From positions 1,632,001 through 1,696,000 of the forward strand of contig CAVVUN010000015.1 of assembly GCA_963751455.1 (NCBI GenBank): 64,000 nt of DNA, given 5' to 3'. The DNA is from Nitrospirota bacterium. Its GTDB lineage: Bacteria; Nitrospirota; UBA9217. Below are positions 1-10,907 of this stretch, piece after piece; within the stretch, counting starts at the first letter, position 1; every line of letters begins with the position of its first letter. The position numbers were made by a program, and so were the translations under genes. The notes below the pieces were generated by a model. That model saw only the letters and a list, made by a program, of their open reading frames with translations. It did not search any database and was not told where the DNA came from.

Positions 1-312
1 GCGGCCGTCTTTCGGCAGCTCCTGCCGATTTTATACTGTATCGAATTTTTACTCATCTCTGCATTAATAGTTTGCTTCCATGAATGGATCAAGATCAAAA
101 GATTTTATTGTTCGCCTGCAATATTCTTCGTGCTTTTAGTCTTCGGAGAATGCTCTATTAACAGTGTAGCATTTTTGAAGTTTTATTCGACATGTGCTGC
201 TATGACTTTGTAATCGCATCGCGGGAAAAACCCACACTCTTCTTTAACCTGCCGTATGTTTTATTACACCTTCTCTCCCTGCAAAGTCAACATGACTCGC
301 TTGGTTCTTTAA

Positions 313-478
313 TCCTAAAAACGGCATTTGAACACGGATGAACACGGAAACAGCGGATCAAAACAATGTGATAGAGCAAAAAGCCATCTCGCCTTTTGGG
401 TGAATCCATTACTGTTCGTAACTTCCTATAAATCCGTGTTGATCGGATTTTATCCGTGTCCAACTGCTTTTTTCAGGT
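313..478. mobile_element. MITE-like element, near-identical to 36128..36293
   Basis: 166 bp with imperfect terminal inverted repeats (tcctaaaaacggcatttgaacacggat / atccgtgtccaactgcttttttcagg), TAA on both flanks, and a twin copy 35.8 kb away. Confidence 0.8.
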
Positions 479-747
479 TAATGAAAAGGACTGCAGTGCA
501 ACGTAAGGCCGATAGCATGGCGTGCAGCAATCATAAGTATCAAAAAATGTCGCGCATTAATCAAATTTGTCGTGTATGGAAATTTAAACGGTCTGTTAAA
601 GGCGGGACTGATTTATTACAGAGAGCAGAACGAACAGAGAAACCAAGAATACGTTTGAAAGGTTTTGATGGCGAAATGAGGAACCTGTTTACCCTGCAAG
701 GGTAAAACGCCAAGATACGGAGGCGAAGGGTCGAGAAAAAAACGAGA

Positions 748-1212
748 TTATGCGTTATATTCCGTGCCGCCGCTTCCGCCGCTTTCGCCGAGGTTTTTTA
801 TCCAGTTATCGATCGTGGATGCATCCTGTTTTGCCAGGACCTCTTCGGCAACAAACACCGGGGCGCCGATTCTGATTGCTACCGCTATCGCGTCGCTTGG
901 CCTGGAATCTATGTGGAACTCCTTATTGTTGTTCAGAAGATACAGCGACGCATAGAACGTATTATCGATAAGGTCGCTTATGACGACCCGGGCAATCTCT
1001 ATTTCAAGCCGGTCAAATATGTTGACGATCAGATCATGTGTAAGCGGTCTCGATGGTTTTACGTTGCTCATTGCCAAAGCGATTGAGTTTCCTTCAGCGG
1101 CTCCTATCCAGATCGGAAGTATTTTTTTTCCTGTTTCATCCTTCAAAACGACGATATAGCTGCTGTTCCTGCTGTCGAACAAAACAGTGTTTACATTCAT
1201 TTGAACCCACAT
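748..1212 (-). CDS. Bifunctional nuclease family protein (DUF151)
   Basis: LPIWIG, RPLTHDL and DSRPSDAIA motifs; ATG at 1212 preceded by an AGGAG RBS. Confidence 0.9.
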   Translation of the reverse strand: MWVQMNVNTVLFDSRNSSYIVVLKDETGKKILPIWIGAAEGNSIALAMSNVKPSRPLTHDLIVNIFDRLEIEIARVVISDLIDNTFYASLYLLNNNKEFHIDSRPSDAIAVAIRIGAPVFVAEEVLAKQDASTIDNWIKNLGESGGSGGTEYNA

Positions 1213-1474
1213 ATTTACTCCTTTTCTCTTCTCAAATAAACATACCACACCGGGCAAATCAAGTAAAGGGATTATTTTATTGACATTTTCGGGAGATAGG
1301 ATATACTTTCACACTTGTAAACTGCGAAAAAAACAGCGAACATAATGTTAATTCCATGAGCTGCGTGCATAAAAGAGCATCGAAATCGGCAATTTTCGTC
1401 CGCCTGTTCATCACCCCCACCTCTGAATTTCTCCGCCGTTCGAGGGGGAGGAGTATTGGAGAAAGGCATTTCGG

Positions 1475-3139
1475 GTGAAACTAACAGTAACGGAAATCCT
1501 GCTCCAAGCCCTCACGCGTGCTAAAGAAAAGGGCGAACTAAAACTCGAAACAAAGCCGGCGATCACGCTCGATACTCCCCGCGAAAAAAGCCACGGCGAT
1601 CTTGCTACTACCCTCGCCATGACCCTTGCCAAGCCGGAGTCAAAGCCCCCGAGGAGGATCGCTGAGATCATTATCGGCAATATCCGCGACGACTCCGGGA
1701 TCCTGGAAAAGACAGAAATAGCGGGGCCCGGCTTCATCAATTTTTTCTTCAAGCAGGAACGATGGAAACAAACGCTCTTTGACATCGAAGCCCTGGGAAC
1801 GCGATACGGGCTGGCGGACATCGGTAAAGGCAAAAAGGTACTGGTGGAGTTTGTAAGTGCCAACCCGACCGGCCCGCTCCACGTCGGCCACGGCAGGGGA
1901 GCAGCCGTCGGAGATGCGCTTTCGAATCTGCTTGCCGCTGTCGGATACGCAGTGTCCCGTGAGTTCTATATCAATGATGCGGGCAGGCAGATCAGGCTGC
2001 TCGCGCTTTCCGTGTACAGCCGGTACCAGCAGGCGCTCGGCAATCAGGTTCCCTTTCCCGAGGATGGATATCACGGCGCCTACATCGAGGAAATTGCGCA
2101 GGCATTCAGCAAAGTGCATGGCACGCATTATCTGAACGTGCCGTTTGACGAGTGCGTTGACCGGTTCGGGGATTTCGGCAAGGAGACAATGCTGGCCGAT
2201 ATTCGGCAGGACCTGGAAGGGTTCGGCGTTCGTTTCGACACCTGGTTCAGCGAGGCCGGTTTGCTCGCGGACGGGTCGGTGAAACGATCAATCGACGAAC
2301 TGATGGAAAGCCGGAACCTCTACGAGCAGGAAGGCGCGCTCTGGCTGCGTTCAACAACGTTCGGAGACGATAAAGACAGGGTAGTTCTGAAAAAGGACGG
2401 CAGCTTTACTTATCTTGCTACCGACATCGCCTATCACCGGAACAAGCTGGCCCGGGGGTTCGAGTCGCTTGTCAACATATGGGGCGCAGATCATCACGGC
2501 TATATTCCACGGGTACAGGCCGTAATTCAGGCTTTCGGGCATCCTCCCGATTCGCTCCACGTGCTGCTGGTTCAGCTCGTTGCAATCCTCAGGCACGGGC
2601 AACCGGTTCCGATGTCCAAGAGGGCGGGAAACTTCGTTACCCTCAGGGACGTGGTCCAGGATGTAGGCAGGGATGCCGCCCGCTTTATCTTTCTCACCCG
2701 GCGCTCAGACAGCCACCTGGACTTCGACCTGGATGTGGCAAAGGAACAGTCCAGGGAAAATCCGGTGTACTACGTGCAGTACGCCCACGCACGGGTGGCA
2801 AGTCTTTTTCGGGAAGCTGAATCACGCGGCATCCCGCAGCCTGCACGGCAATCCGTCGACGTCTCACTCCTGGACCTTGAGGAAGAGCAGAGCATCATCA
2901 AATCGCTTGCAAAATATCCCGAGGTGGTCGAAGACGCGGCGCTGGCGTACGAGCCGCACCGGTTGACGTTCTATCTTCAGGATCTGGCAGGCATGCTCCA
3001 TAACTACTACTTCAAGCACCGCGTGATAACAGAGGATGCGCCAAGGACGGCTGCCCGACTTTTTCTCATGAAGCAGGTGAAAACCGTCATACAGTGCGCG
3101 CTTACTATTCTCGGCGTGAGCGCGCCGGATAGAATGTAG
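1475..3139 (+). CDS. argS: Arginine--tRNA ligase
   Basis: VEFVSANPTGPLHVGHGRGA (HIGH), GADHHGY, MSKRAG, NPVYYVQYAHAR, C-terminal APDRM. Confidence 0.98.
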   Translation: MKLTVTEILLQALTRAKEKGELKLETKPAITLDTPREKSHGDLATTLAMTLAKPESKPPRRIAEIIIGNIRDDSGILEKTEIAGPGFINFFFKQERWKQTLFDIEALGTRYGLADIGKGKKVLVEFVSANPTGPLHVGHGRGAAVGDALSNLLAAVGYAVSREFYINDAGRQIRLLALSVYSRYQQALGNQVPFPEDGYHGAYIEEIAQAFSKVHGTHYLNVPFDECVDRFGDFGKETMLADIRQDLEGFGVRFDTWFSEAGLLADGSVKRSIDELMESRNLYEQEGALWLRSTTFGDDKDRVVLKKDGSFTYLATDIAYHRNKLARGFESLVNIWGADHHGYIPRVQAVIQAFGHPPDSLHVLLVQLVAILRHGQPVPMSKRAGNFVTLRDVVQDVGRDAARFIFLTRRSDSHLDFDLDVAKEQSRENPVYYVQYAHARVASLFREAESRGIPQPARQSVDVSLLDLEEEQSIIKSLAKYPEVVEDAALAYEPHRLTFYLQDLAGMLHNYYFKHRVITEDAPRTAARLFLMKQVKTVIQCALTILGVSAPDRM

Positions 3140-3153
3140 CAATTGCGGATTTC

Positions 3154-3254
3154 ACCCTGCACTCGCGCTGCGCACTGCTTAGACTCATTGTCTTACCATC
3201 TCGCTGAGAAGCGCGAGACGGGAATCAAGGACCTCATAAGCTCTGGGTGCAGGC
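3154..3254 (+). mobile_element. Mini insertion element (A/G)CCCTGC...GGGTGCAGGC, copy 1, inside a TTGCGGA heptamer array
   Basis: Same ends as 39323..39353 and 60967..61009; removing it restores ttgcggatttc|ggattgcggattgcgg. Confidence 0.7.
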
Positions 3255-3303
3255 GGATTGCGGATTGCGGAATAAAAGCACAAAATCATTAATCTGAAAT
3301 TAA

Positions 3304-4416
<1,113 letters not shown>

Positions 4417-4505
4417 TAAGTGCATAATGCAAAGTGCAAATTGTAAATAGCAAATTGTGGGAAAGCTAAACACTTTCCACTTTGCAATTTGAAATTGAAG
4501 AAATT
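4417..4505. repeat. Inverted array of TGCAAA(A/T)-type heptamers
   Basis: tgcataatgcaaagtgcaaattgtaaatagcaaa ... tttgcaatttgaaattg. Confidence 0.7.
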
Positions 4506-4519
4506 TTAAGGAGGACAAC

Positions 4520-4858
4520 ATGTTAACAGCTATAGCGCATGCCATGGGGACGTCGGGAGGCGCAGGCGGTCAGGGAGGCGGCGGAGGTGCTTCCGGCCTC
4601 ATCATGATGGTCGCCATATTCGCGATTTTCTATTTCATCCTCATACGGCCTCAGCAGAAGAAGATGAAAGAACATAAGAAGATGGTGGACGAGCTTAAAA
4701 AAGGCGACGAGATCGTTACTGCCGGCGGGATGTACGCAACGGTGGAAGGCGTGACGCCCGAAACGCTGACGGTCAAGATTGCGGAAGGCACGAAAGTAAA
4801 GATCACGCGCAGCTCGGTTGCCGCGGTTGTGACGGAAAAAGAGAAGCCCAAGGAATAA
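4520..4858 (+). CDS. yajC: Preprotein translocase subunit YajC
   Basis: FYFILIRPQQKK, LKKGDEIVTAGG; located between tgt and secD. Confidence 0.97.
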   Translation: MLTAIAHAMGTSGGAGGQGGGGGASGLIMMVAIFAIFYFILIRPQQKKMKEHKKMVDELKKGDEIVTAGGMYATVEGVTPETLTVKIAEGTKVKITRSSVAAVVTEKEKPKE

Positions 4859-4870
4859 GGCGAAGAAAAA

Positions 4871-4941
4871 ACGAAGGACGAAGGACGAGGGACGATAACA
4901 GAAAAAGCGAAAGCGTATCATCCTTCGTCTCTCGCTCCTCG
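4871..4941. repeat. Inverted array of GGACGA(A/G)-type heptamers
   Basis: acgaaggacgaaggacgagggacga ... tccttcgtctctcgctcctcg; related copy at about 50440-50510. Confidence 0.65.
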
Positions 4942-4983
4942 GGGTTTATCGATATTTCAGATTTACCAGGAGGCCATGGCATT

Positions 4984-6558
4984 ATGAAAAAGAGCATCCA
5001 ATGGAGAGTCGGGCTCATAGCACTCTCAGTCTTTGTAGCGTTGTTTTTATTTCTGCCTTCCACCCCGCTTGAATCGAAATTGCCGGGATGGTGGCACAGG
5101 AGCGTGCCCAAGATATCGCTGGGGCTCGATCTCAGGGGCGGAAGCCATATCGTGATGCAGGTAGAGACGGAAAAGGCGGTTGAGTCATCGGTGGACAACA
5201 TTGTGGCTGATCTGCAGACGACCGCTTCATCGCAGGCGCTCGCTGTGACCTTCGCCAGGACCGGCCAGGATATCAGCGCGAAGTTCGGTGAGGGGCTGGA
5301 CGAAAAGGTAGATAAGCTCGTCAAGGGAAGCTACGCTATCGTGGATTCCAAATCCCAGTCAAAAGGTCAGCTGGTATACAGCCTTAAGACGGCGGAGGTG
5401 AACCGTCTGAAGGAGTGGGCGGTGCAGCAGGCCCTCGAACGGACCAGGCGCCGCATCGACAAATACGGCGTGGCCGAGCCCGCGATATATAAGCAGGAGC
5501 AGGACCAGATAGCGCTCCAGCTACCCGGCGTGAAGAATCCGCAGGAAGCCATCTCGTTCATAAAGACGGCAGGCCGGCTCGAGTTCAAACTGGTGAACAC
5601 GGACCCGGATGCTTTCCAGAAGGCGCAGGCCGGCAAACCGCCCGAGGGTACGGAATTGCTCTTTGAAGAACGCGAGAACGAAAGCGGCAAGATCGTGAAA
5701 CAGCCTGTGCTCGTTTACAGCAAGACGCTTTTAACCGGGGACCGGTTAAAGGAAGCCAAGGTAGGCATCGATCAATACAACAAGCCGGCGGTAAACATCT
5801 CGTTCGACAGCGAAGGAGCGAAGATTTTCGACCGTATTACGGCGGAAAACATCGGGAAACAGCTGGCGATTATCCTGGACGGGGTAATCCATTCAGCTCC
5901 GCGGATCCAGGACAGGATCAGCGGCGGGAGCGCCGAGATCACGGGCAGCTTCACGCATGAAGAGGCGTCAAAGCTTGCCATTGTGCTGCGTGAATCGCTT
6001 CCGGCCCCTGTTAAGATCATCCAGAACGTAACGGTTGGCCCCTCGCTCGGGCAGGACTCGATTACCAAGGGCGTCCATGCAGCGATCATCGGGGGTCTCA
6101 TAGTTATCGTGTTCATGGTAGTCTATTACCGGCTGTCCGGCCTCATTGCGGACTACGCGATCGTGTTAAACCTGGTTCTCCTGCTGGGCGCCATGGCTCT
6201 TTTGAATGCGACGCTCACGCTGCCGGGCATCGCAGGCATCATCCTGACCATGGGTATGGGCGTGGACACCAATGTCCTCATGTTCGAGCGTATACGCGAA
6301 GAAATCCGTACGGGCAAGCAGGCGCGTCCGGCTGTGGATTCGGGGTATGACAAGGCATTTCTTACGATCCTCGACTCGCATGTGACAACCCTTATCACTG
6401 CTGCGGCGCTGTTCATGTTCGGAACCGGGCCCATTAAGGGTTTCGCAGTGACCCTCAGCCTCGGCATCATAATCAACCTGTATTCCGCTTTGGTCGGCAC
6501 CAAGGTGATCTTTGATATCATCAATACGAAGTGGAAGTTGGAGAAGCTCAGTATTTAA
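4984..6558 (+). CDS. secD: Protein translocase subunit SecD
   Basis: LGLDLRGG, VGPSLG, LTLPGIAGIIL, FERIREE. Confidence 0.98.
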   Translation: MKKSIQWRVGLIALSVFVALFLFLPSTPLESKLPGWWHRSVPKISLGLDLRGGSHIVMQVETEKAVESSVDNIVADLQTTASSQALAVTFARTGQDISAKFGEGLDEKVDKLVKGSYAIVDSKSQSKGQLVYSLKTAEVNRLKEWAVQQALERTRRRIDKYGVAEPAIYKQEQDQIALQLPGVKNPQEAISFIKTAGRLEFKLVNTDPDAFQKAQAGKPPEGTELLFEERENESGKIVKQPVLVYSKTLLTGDRLKEAKVGIDQYNKPAVNISFDSEGAKIFDRITAENIGKQLAIILDGVIHSAPRIQDRISGGSAEITGSFTHEEASKLAIVLRESLPAPVKIIQNVTVGPSLGQDSITKGVHAAIIGGLIVIVFMVVYYRLSGLIADYAIVLNLVLLLGAMALLNATLTLPGIAGIILTMGMGVDTNVLMFERIREEIRTGKQARPAVDSGYDKAFLTILDSHVTTLITAAALFMFGTGPIKGFAVTLSLGIIINLYSALVGTKVIFDIINTKWKLEKLSI

Positions 6559-6644
6559 TGCAAAGTGCATATTGCAAACTGTAAAATTCAAATAATTCGT
6601 TAAAGGCATTTCGGGTTCGCTTGTTAAACCCGCGGGAGGGTACA

Positions 6645-7553
6645 ATGCTTCAGCTCTTACATAAGACCAACGTCGACTTCATGGGATGGAAAAATATATC
6701 GTTTGCTATTTCAGGAGTACTGATTGCGCTGGGGATCATAGCCCTGGTGCAGATCGGCCGCGGCAAGGCGAACCTCGGCATAGATTTCATAGGCGGCACA
6801 ACGATTCAGCTCAGCTTCAAACAGCCGATGCCTATCGACAAAGCCCGCCTGGCCATGGAAAAAAGCGGCTTCCCGGGCGCGTCTATCCAGGAAGTCGGCG
6901 AGGGGGAAAACAAGATCCTGATCAGGCTCCGCGAGTCAGAGGGCGCCTCTGACAAGGTGCAGTCGGTGTTTCGCCAGGAATTTTCCGACAACCCCTTCGA
7001 GGTTTACAGCATCATGGAAATAGGACCCGCGATCGGGCAGGCCCTCCAGCGCGATTCGCTGCTGGCCATCACCGTTTCCATCATCGCCATCGTTATTTAC
7101 ATAGCTGTCCGGTTTCAGTTCAGGTTCGGCATTGCCGCCGCCATTGCTACTGTTCATGATGTACTTGCGGTGCTCGGCATCTTTTATATCATGAACAGGG
7201 AGATCAACCTGCTCATCATTACGGCGCTTCTTACGCTTGCGGGGTATTCGCTGACCGATACCGTAGTAATCTTCGACCGGATCCGTGAGAACCTGAAACG
7301 CAATAAGCGCGATCCGCTGCCGAAACTGGTGAATGACAGCATCAACGAAGTTTTATCCCGTACGATCATAACGTCCCTCACCGTTGTTCTCGTGCTTGTC
7401 CCGCTCGTTATCTGGGGCGGCGATGTGCTGCACGATTTCTCGATCGCGCTGCTCATGGGCGTGATTGTCGGCAGCTTGTCCTCGATGTTCGTTGCCAGCC
7501 CCGTGCTGGTCGTATGGCAGCAAATGAGCGGCGGGAAGCTGATCACAAAATAG
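6645..7553 (+). CDS. secF: Protein translocase subunit SecF
   Basis: GIDFIGG, GYSLTDTVVIFDRIRE, LSRTIITS; ATG at 6645 after GGAGG. Confidence 0.97.
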   Translation: MLQLLHKTNVDFMGWKNISFAISGVLIALGIIALVQIGRGKANLGIDFIGGTTIQLSFKQPMPIDKARLAMEKSGFPGASIQEVGEGENKILIRLRESEGASDKVQSVFRQEFSDNPFEVYSIMEIGPAIGQALQRDSLLAITVSIIAIVIYIAVRFQFRFGIAAAIATVHDVLAVLGIFYIMNREINLLIITALLTLAGYSLTDTVVIFDRIRENLKRNKRDPLPKLVNDSINEVLSRTIITSLTVVLVLVPLVIWGGDVLHDFSIALLMGVIVGSLSSMFVASPVLVVWQQMSGGKLITK

Positions 7554-7567
7554 AAACAAAAGAGTTC

Positions 7568-7737
7568 TTATCCGCAGATTTCACAGATTACGCAGAAACA
7601 GCAAGCCCGGAATTCCGGTTTTATAATTCAGCATGCGGGAAATGTTTAAGATTTTCTCAATATTCGTTTTTTTTGTAATGAGAAAATCTAGTAGTCACTA
7701 ATTTCAATCTGCGCACATCTGCGAAATCTGCGGATAA
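7568..7737. repeat. Inverted array of 9-mer CGCAGATT(A/T) repeats
   Basis: ttatccgcagatttcacagattacgcaga ... tctgcgcacatctgcgaaatctgcggataa; siblings at about 28227-28316 and 35209-35271, half copy at about 32011-32040. Confidence 0.8.
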
Positions 7738-7754
7738 TCTTTTCAGGTTTTTTA

Positions 7755-8438
7755 ATGTCGAATGATCCTCTCTCCATTAAAGTCGGCGGCGCCGAAGCCC
7801 GGGTGTATACCGACGCCGATCCGGTTGAGCTGTCCTGCGGTTCTGCGGGCTGCGAATCAAACTGCTGCACCAGGAGCGCGCCTGTCATTCTCAACCCCTA
7901 TGAAATCGCCTTGATCTGCAGGGAAAGCGGCATGAGCTACGAAACGCTGCTCGATGTCGTGGATACCGGCCGGACAAAGAGCTTTCCCCTGGTGATGCTG
8001 CCCCGGGATCCGGCCTGTCATTTCTGGTCTTCAGGCGGGTGCCGCATTTACAGCGCAAGGCCGCTTGCGTGCAGGCTCTATCCGCTCGGCAGGGTCTTCG
8101 AGAACGGGAAATCGTATATCGTCCATCCCGAGCTGAACGTCTGCGGCGGTTTTGTCACTGCAACGGCCCGGCAGAGACTTGAAGGCTATCTCGCGGGTCA
8201 AAGCGTTGATCTGCATATCCGGATGTCGGACATCTGGATAGATTTCGTATCGGAAATAGAACGCCTTCCGCTTCCGGATGCGCCGGTCACCTCCGTAGCC
8301 TTCCATATGCTTGTGTACAGCCCTGATACGCCTCCGGCAAGAGGGCATACCGATTCTGCCTTGTCCCCTGAGGACCGTTTTATGCTGCGTCTGAAGACTG
8401 CCCGTGAACAGCTTCCCCGTTTTCTGCATCTGGTCTAG
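7755..8438 (+). CDS. YkgJ family cysteine-cluster protein (putative Fe-S/Zn)
   Basis: CxxxxCxxxCC, C..F....CRIYSARPLACRLYPL. Confidence 0.85.
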   Translation: MSNDPLSIKVGGAEARVYTDADPVELSCGSAGCESNCCTRSAPVILNPYEIALICRESGMSYETLLDVVDTGRTKSFPLVMLPRDPACHFWSSGGCRIYSARPLACRLYPLGRVFENGKSYIVHPELNVCGGFVTATARQRLEGYLAGQSVDLHIRMSDIWIDFVSEIERLPLPDAPVTSVAFHMLVYSPDTPPARGHTDSALSPEDRFMLRLKTAREQLPRFLHLV

Positions 8439-8441
8439 TGA

Positions 8442-8616
8442 TCCCGGAAAGAGCATTCGGACACGGAAAAATCGGATAACATCGGATAAAGATAAATAAA
8501 AATCAATCTTCTTAATAAAAAACCATCACCCGTTTGGTGATTTTTCGTTTCGATCCAAGTCCTCGATTTAATCCGCCGTTTCTGCGTTTATCTGCGTCCA
8601 ACTGCCGTTTTTGGGT
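8442..8616. repeat. Diverged member of the 313..478 MITE family
   Basis: Ends cccggaaagagcattcggacacgg / ctgcgtccaactgccgtttttggg resemble the MITE termini. Confidence 0.55.
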
Positions 8617-8651
8617 GATAAGAACCAAATCTCGGGTTGATCCGTCATAAC

Positions 8652-8683
8652 AAAAAGGGTGTCGCCTTACGGCGACACCCTTT
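8652..8683 (-). terminator. Intrinsic terminator downstream of typA (possibly bidirectional)
   Basis: Perfect stem aaagggtgtcgcc-ttac-ggcgacaccttt-type hairpin with a T run on the minus strand. Confidence 0.75.
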
Positions 8684-8722
8684 GTATTTTCGGGGGAAAT
8701 TTATCCAAAACGAAGCAGAAGA

Positions 8723-8836
8723 CCACGTGGCGTTAGCCCGTGGTTGAATGCGTCCCTCTTGTTTCCCTCCTCCTTCAGGGGGAGTTAGGAGGGGGTGCTT
8801 CTTTTGAATTCAAGTGCCACGGGCGTAAGCCCGTGG
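8723..8836. repeat. Pair of CCACGGGC.TAAGCCCGTGG hairpins (IS200/IS605/REP-like ends)
   Basis: Two near-identical hairpins at 8723-8743 and 8817-8836 enclosing a CCCTCC...GGAGGG palindrome. Confidence 0.55.
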
Positions 8837-8845
8837 GTATCTACT

Positions 8846-10663
8846 TTAGTCGATCTTATCCCTGTTCTTCGGCCTCTTATTGGACTCGAGTATCCTCTTT
8901 CTCAGCCTGATGGAACCAGGCGTCACTTCAACCAGTTCGTCTTCCTTGATGAACTCGATCGCCTGCTCCAGCGAAAGCTGACGGTGAGGGACGAGCCGAA
9001 GCGCCTCATCAGCGCCTGACGCCCGCATATTCGTGAGCTTCTTTTCCTTGATCACGTTTACATCGATGTCGTTCTCACGCGAGTTCTCCCCGACAATCAT
9101 TCCTTCGTACACCGCGGTGCTTTCCTTGATAAACAATTCGCCGCGGGGCTGGATATGGTACAGGGCATATGTAGTGGTCTTCCCCGGCCGGTCAGCGACA
9201 AGAGCGCCGGTGGCGCGCTTCGCGATCGGCCCCTGCCAGAGCTCATATCCGTCGAAGATGTGGTTCAGCAAGCCGGTTCCCCGGGTATCAGTCAGAAATT
9301 CCGACCTGAAGCCGATCAGGCCCCTCGCGGGGATGCGGAACTCAAGCCTGACGCGTCCGTGGCCGTTGTTCGCCATCTTGGTCATACGGCCCTTGCGGGA
9401 CCCGAGCTTCTGGGTGACCACCCCGATGAACTCTTCCGGGCAGTCGATAACGAGGTTTTCCATGGGCTCGTAGGTCTTCCCTTCGCGCTCCTTGGTAATT
9501 GTTTCCGGCTGGGAGACGGAAAGCTCATATCCCTCGCGTCTCATCATTTCGATCAGGATCGCGAGCTGCAGTTCACCTCTTCCGAGCACCTTGAAACTGT
9601 CGGTAGCCTCTGACTTTTCCACCCTGATCGCGACGTTGTACAGAAGCTCTTTTTCGAGCCGTTCCTTTAAATGGCGGGAAGTCACGAACTTGCCTTCCTT
9701 CCCGGCAAAGGGCGAGGTGTTGATCGAGAAGACCATCGAAATTGTCGGCTCATCCACGGCGATGCGCGGCAGGGCCACCGGATTTTCCGGATCCGTAATC
9801 GTATCCCCGATGTTGACCCCTTCAATGCCGGCCAGCGCGACTATGTCGCCGATGGTGGCATTTTCCGCATCAACCCGTTTGAGGCCCTCGAATTCAAAAA
9901 GCGAAGTTATCTTCGTCTTTATGGTGCCGTTATGGGTAACCACGCCGATGGGAGCGGCCACAGATGCGGTTCCGGAGAAAATCTTTCCGATCGCCAGGCG
10001 TCCTACGTAGTCGTTATAGTCGATGTTCATCACGAGGAGCTGAAGGGGGGCCGTTTCGTCTCCTTCGGCGACGGGGATGGTTTTCAGGATCAGATCAAAG
10101 AGCGGCTTGAGGTCTTTTGCTTCGTCTTCCATCTTCAATTTGGCAAGGCCGTCACGCGCGTTCGTATACACGATCGGGAAATCCAACTGGGCGTCGTTTG
10201 CGTCCAGATCGATGAACAGATCATATACTTCGTTCACGACTTCGCTGATTCTCGCATCGGGCCGGTCGATCTTGTTGATAACGAGAATCGGCGGCAAGCC
10301 GAGTTCCAGGGCCTTCTTGAGGACGAACCGCGTCTGGGGCAGGGGACCTTCCGAGGCATCAACGAGCAGGAGAACGCCGTCCACCATCTTGAGGGTGCGC
10401 TCGACTTCTCCGCCGAAATCGGCATGGCCTGGGGTATCCACAATGTTGATCTTGACGCCGTTGTACCGAACGGACGTGTTTTTTGCCATGATCGTGATCC
10501 CTCGCTCGCGTTCGAGGTCGATGTTGTCCATCACGCGCTCCTGAACGCGCTCGTTATCGCGGAACGTGCCGCTTTGGCGAAGAAGAGTGTCGACAAGTGT
10601 CGTTTTTCCATGGTCGACATGGGCGATTATGGCTATGTTTCGCAGGTCGGTTCTTTTCAGCAT
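8846..10663 (-). CDS. typA: Translational GTPase TypA/BipA
   Basis: [62 protein letters not shown]. Confidence 0.98.
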   Translation of the reverse strand: MLKRTDLRNIAIIAHVDHGKTTLVDTLLRQSGTFRDNERVQERVMDNIDLERERGITIMAKNTSVRYNGVKINIVDTPGHADFGGEVERTLKMVDGVLLLVDASEGPLPQTRFVLKKALELGLPPILVINKIDRPDARISEVVNEVYDLFIDLDANDAQLDFPIVYTNARDGLAKLKMEDEAKDLKPLFDLILKTIPVAEGDETAPLQLLVMNIDYNDYVGRLAIGKIFSGTASVAAPIGVVTHNGTIKTKITSLFEFEGLKRVDAENATIGDIVALAGIEGVNIGDTITDPENPVALPRIAVDEPTISMVFSINTSPFAGKEGKFVTSRHLKERLEKELLYNVAIRVEKSEATDSFKVLGRGELQLAILIEMMRREGYELSVSQPETITKEREGKTYEPMENLVIDCPEEFIGVVTQKLGSRKGRMTKMANNGHGRVRLEFRIPARGLIGFRSEFLTDTRGTGLLNHIFDGYELWQGPIAKRATGALVADRPGKTTTYALYHIQPRGELFIKESTAVYEGMIVGENSRENDIDVNVIKEKKLTNMRASGADEALRLVPHRQLSLEQAIEFIKEDELVEVTPGSIRLRKRILESNKRPKNRDKID

Positions 10664-10907
10664 CAATTTTCCTTTACCGAGAAATGAAAGAGGCAAACAG
10701 AGCACAGTTTGCGCTATGCTCCATGCGCCAGGCATGTATTTCACCAGAGCTGGGCTTTATACCACAAGGGAGCATGTGTTGTCAACCGAATAATGTCTTG
10801 TGGTTCTTCGTTCCATCATGAAATTACGTGTTCCCTGCTTGAAATAACACTTTTTTTATGAAATACTTTTACTAATAAAATCGAGAGCCACGCTTGAGAG
10901 GATAATC

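Noticed and set aside
328-705. 125-aa ORF and its 63-aa twin at 36143..36334
   Set aside because: The shared N-terminus is just the translated MITE, with no protein motifs.
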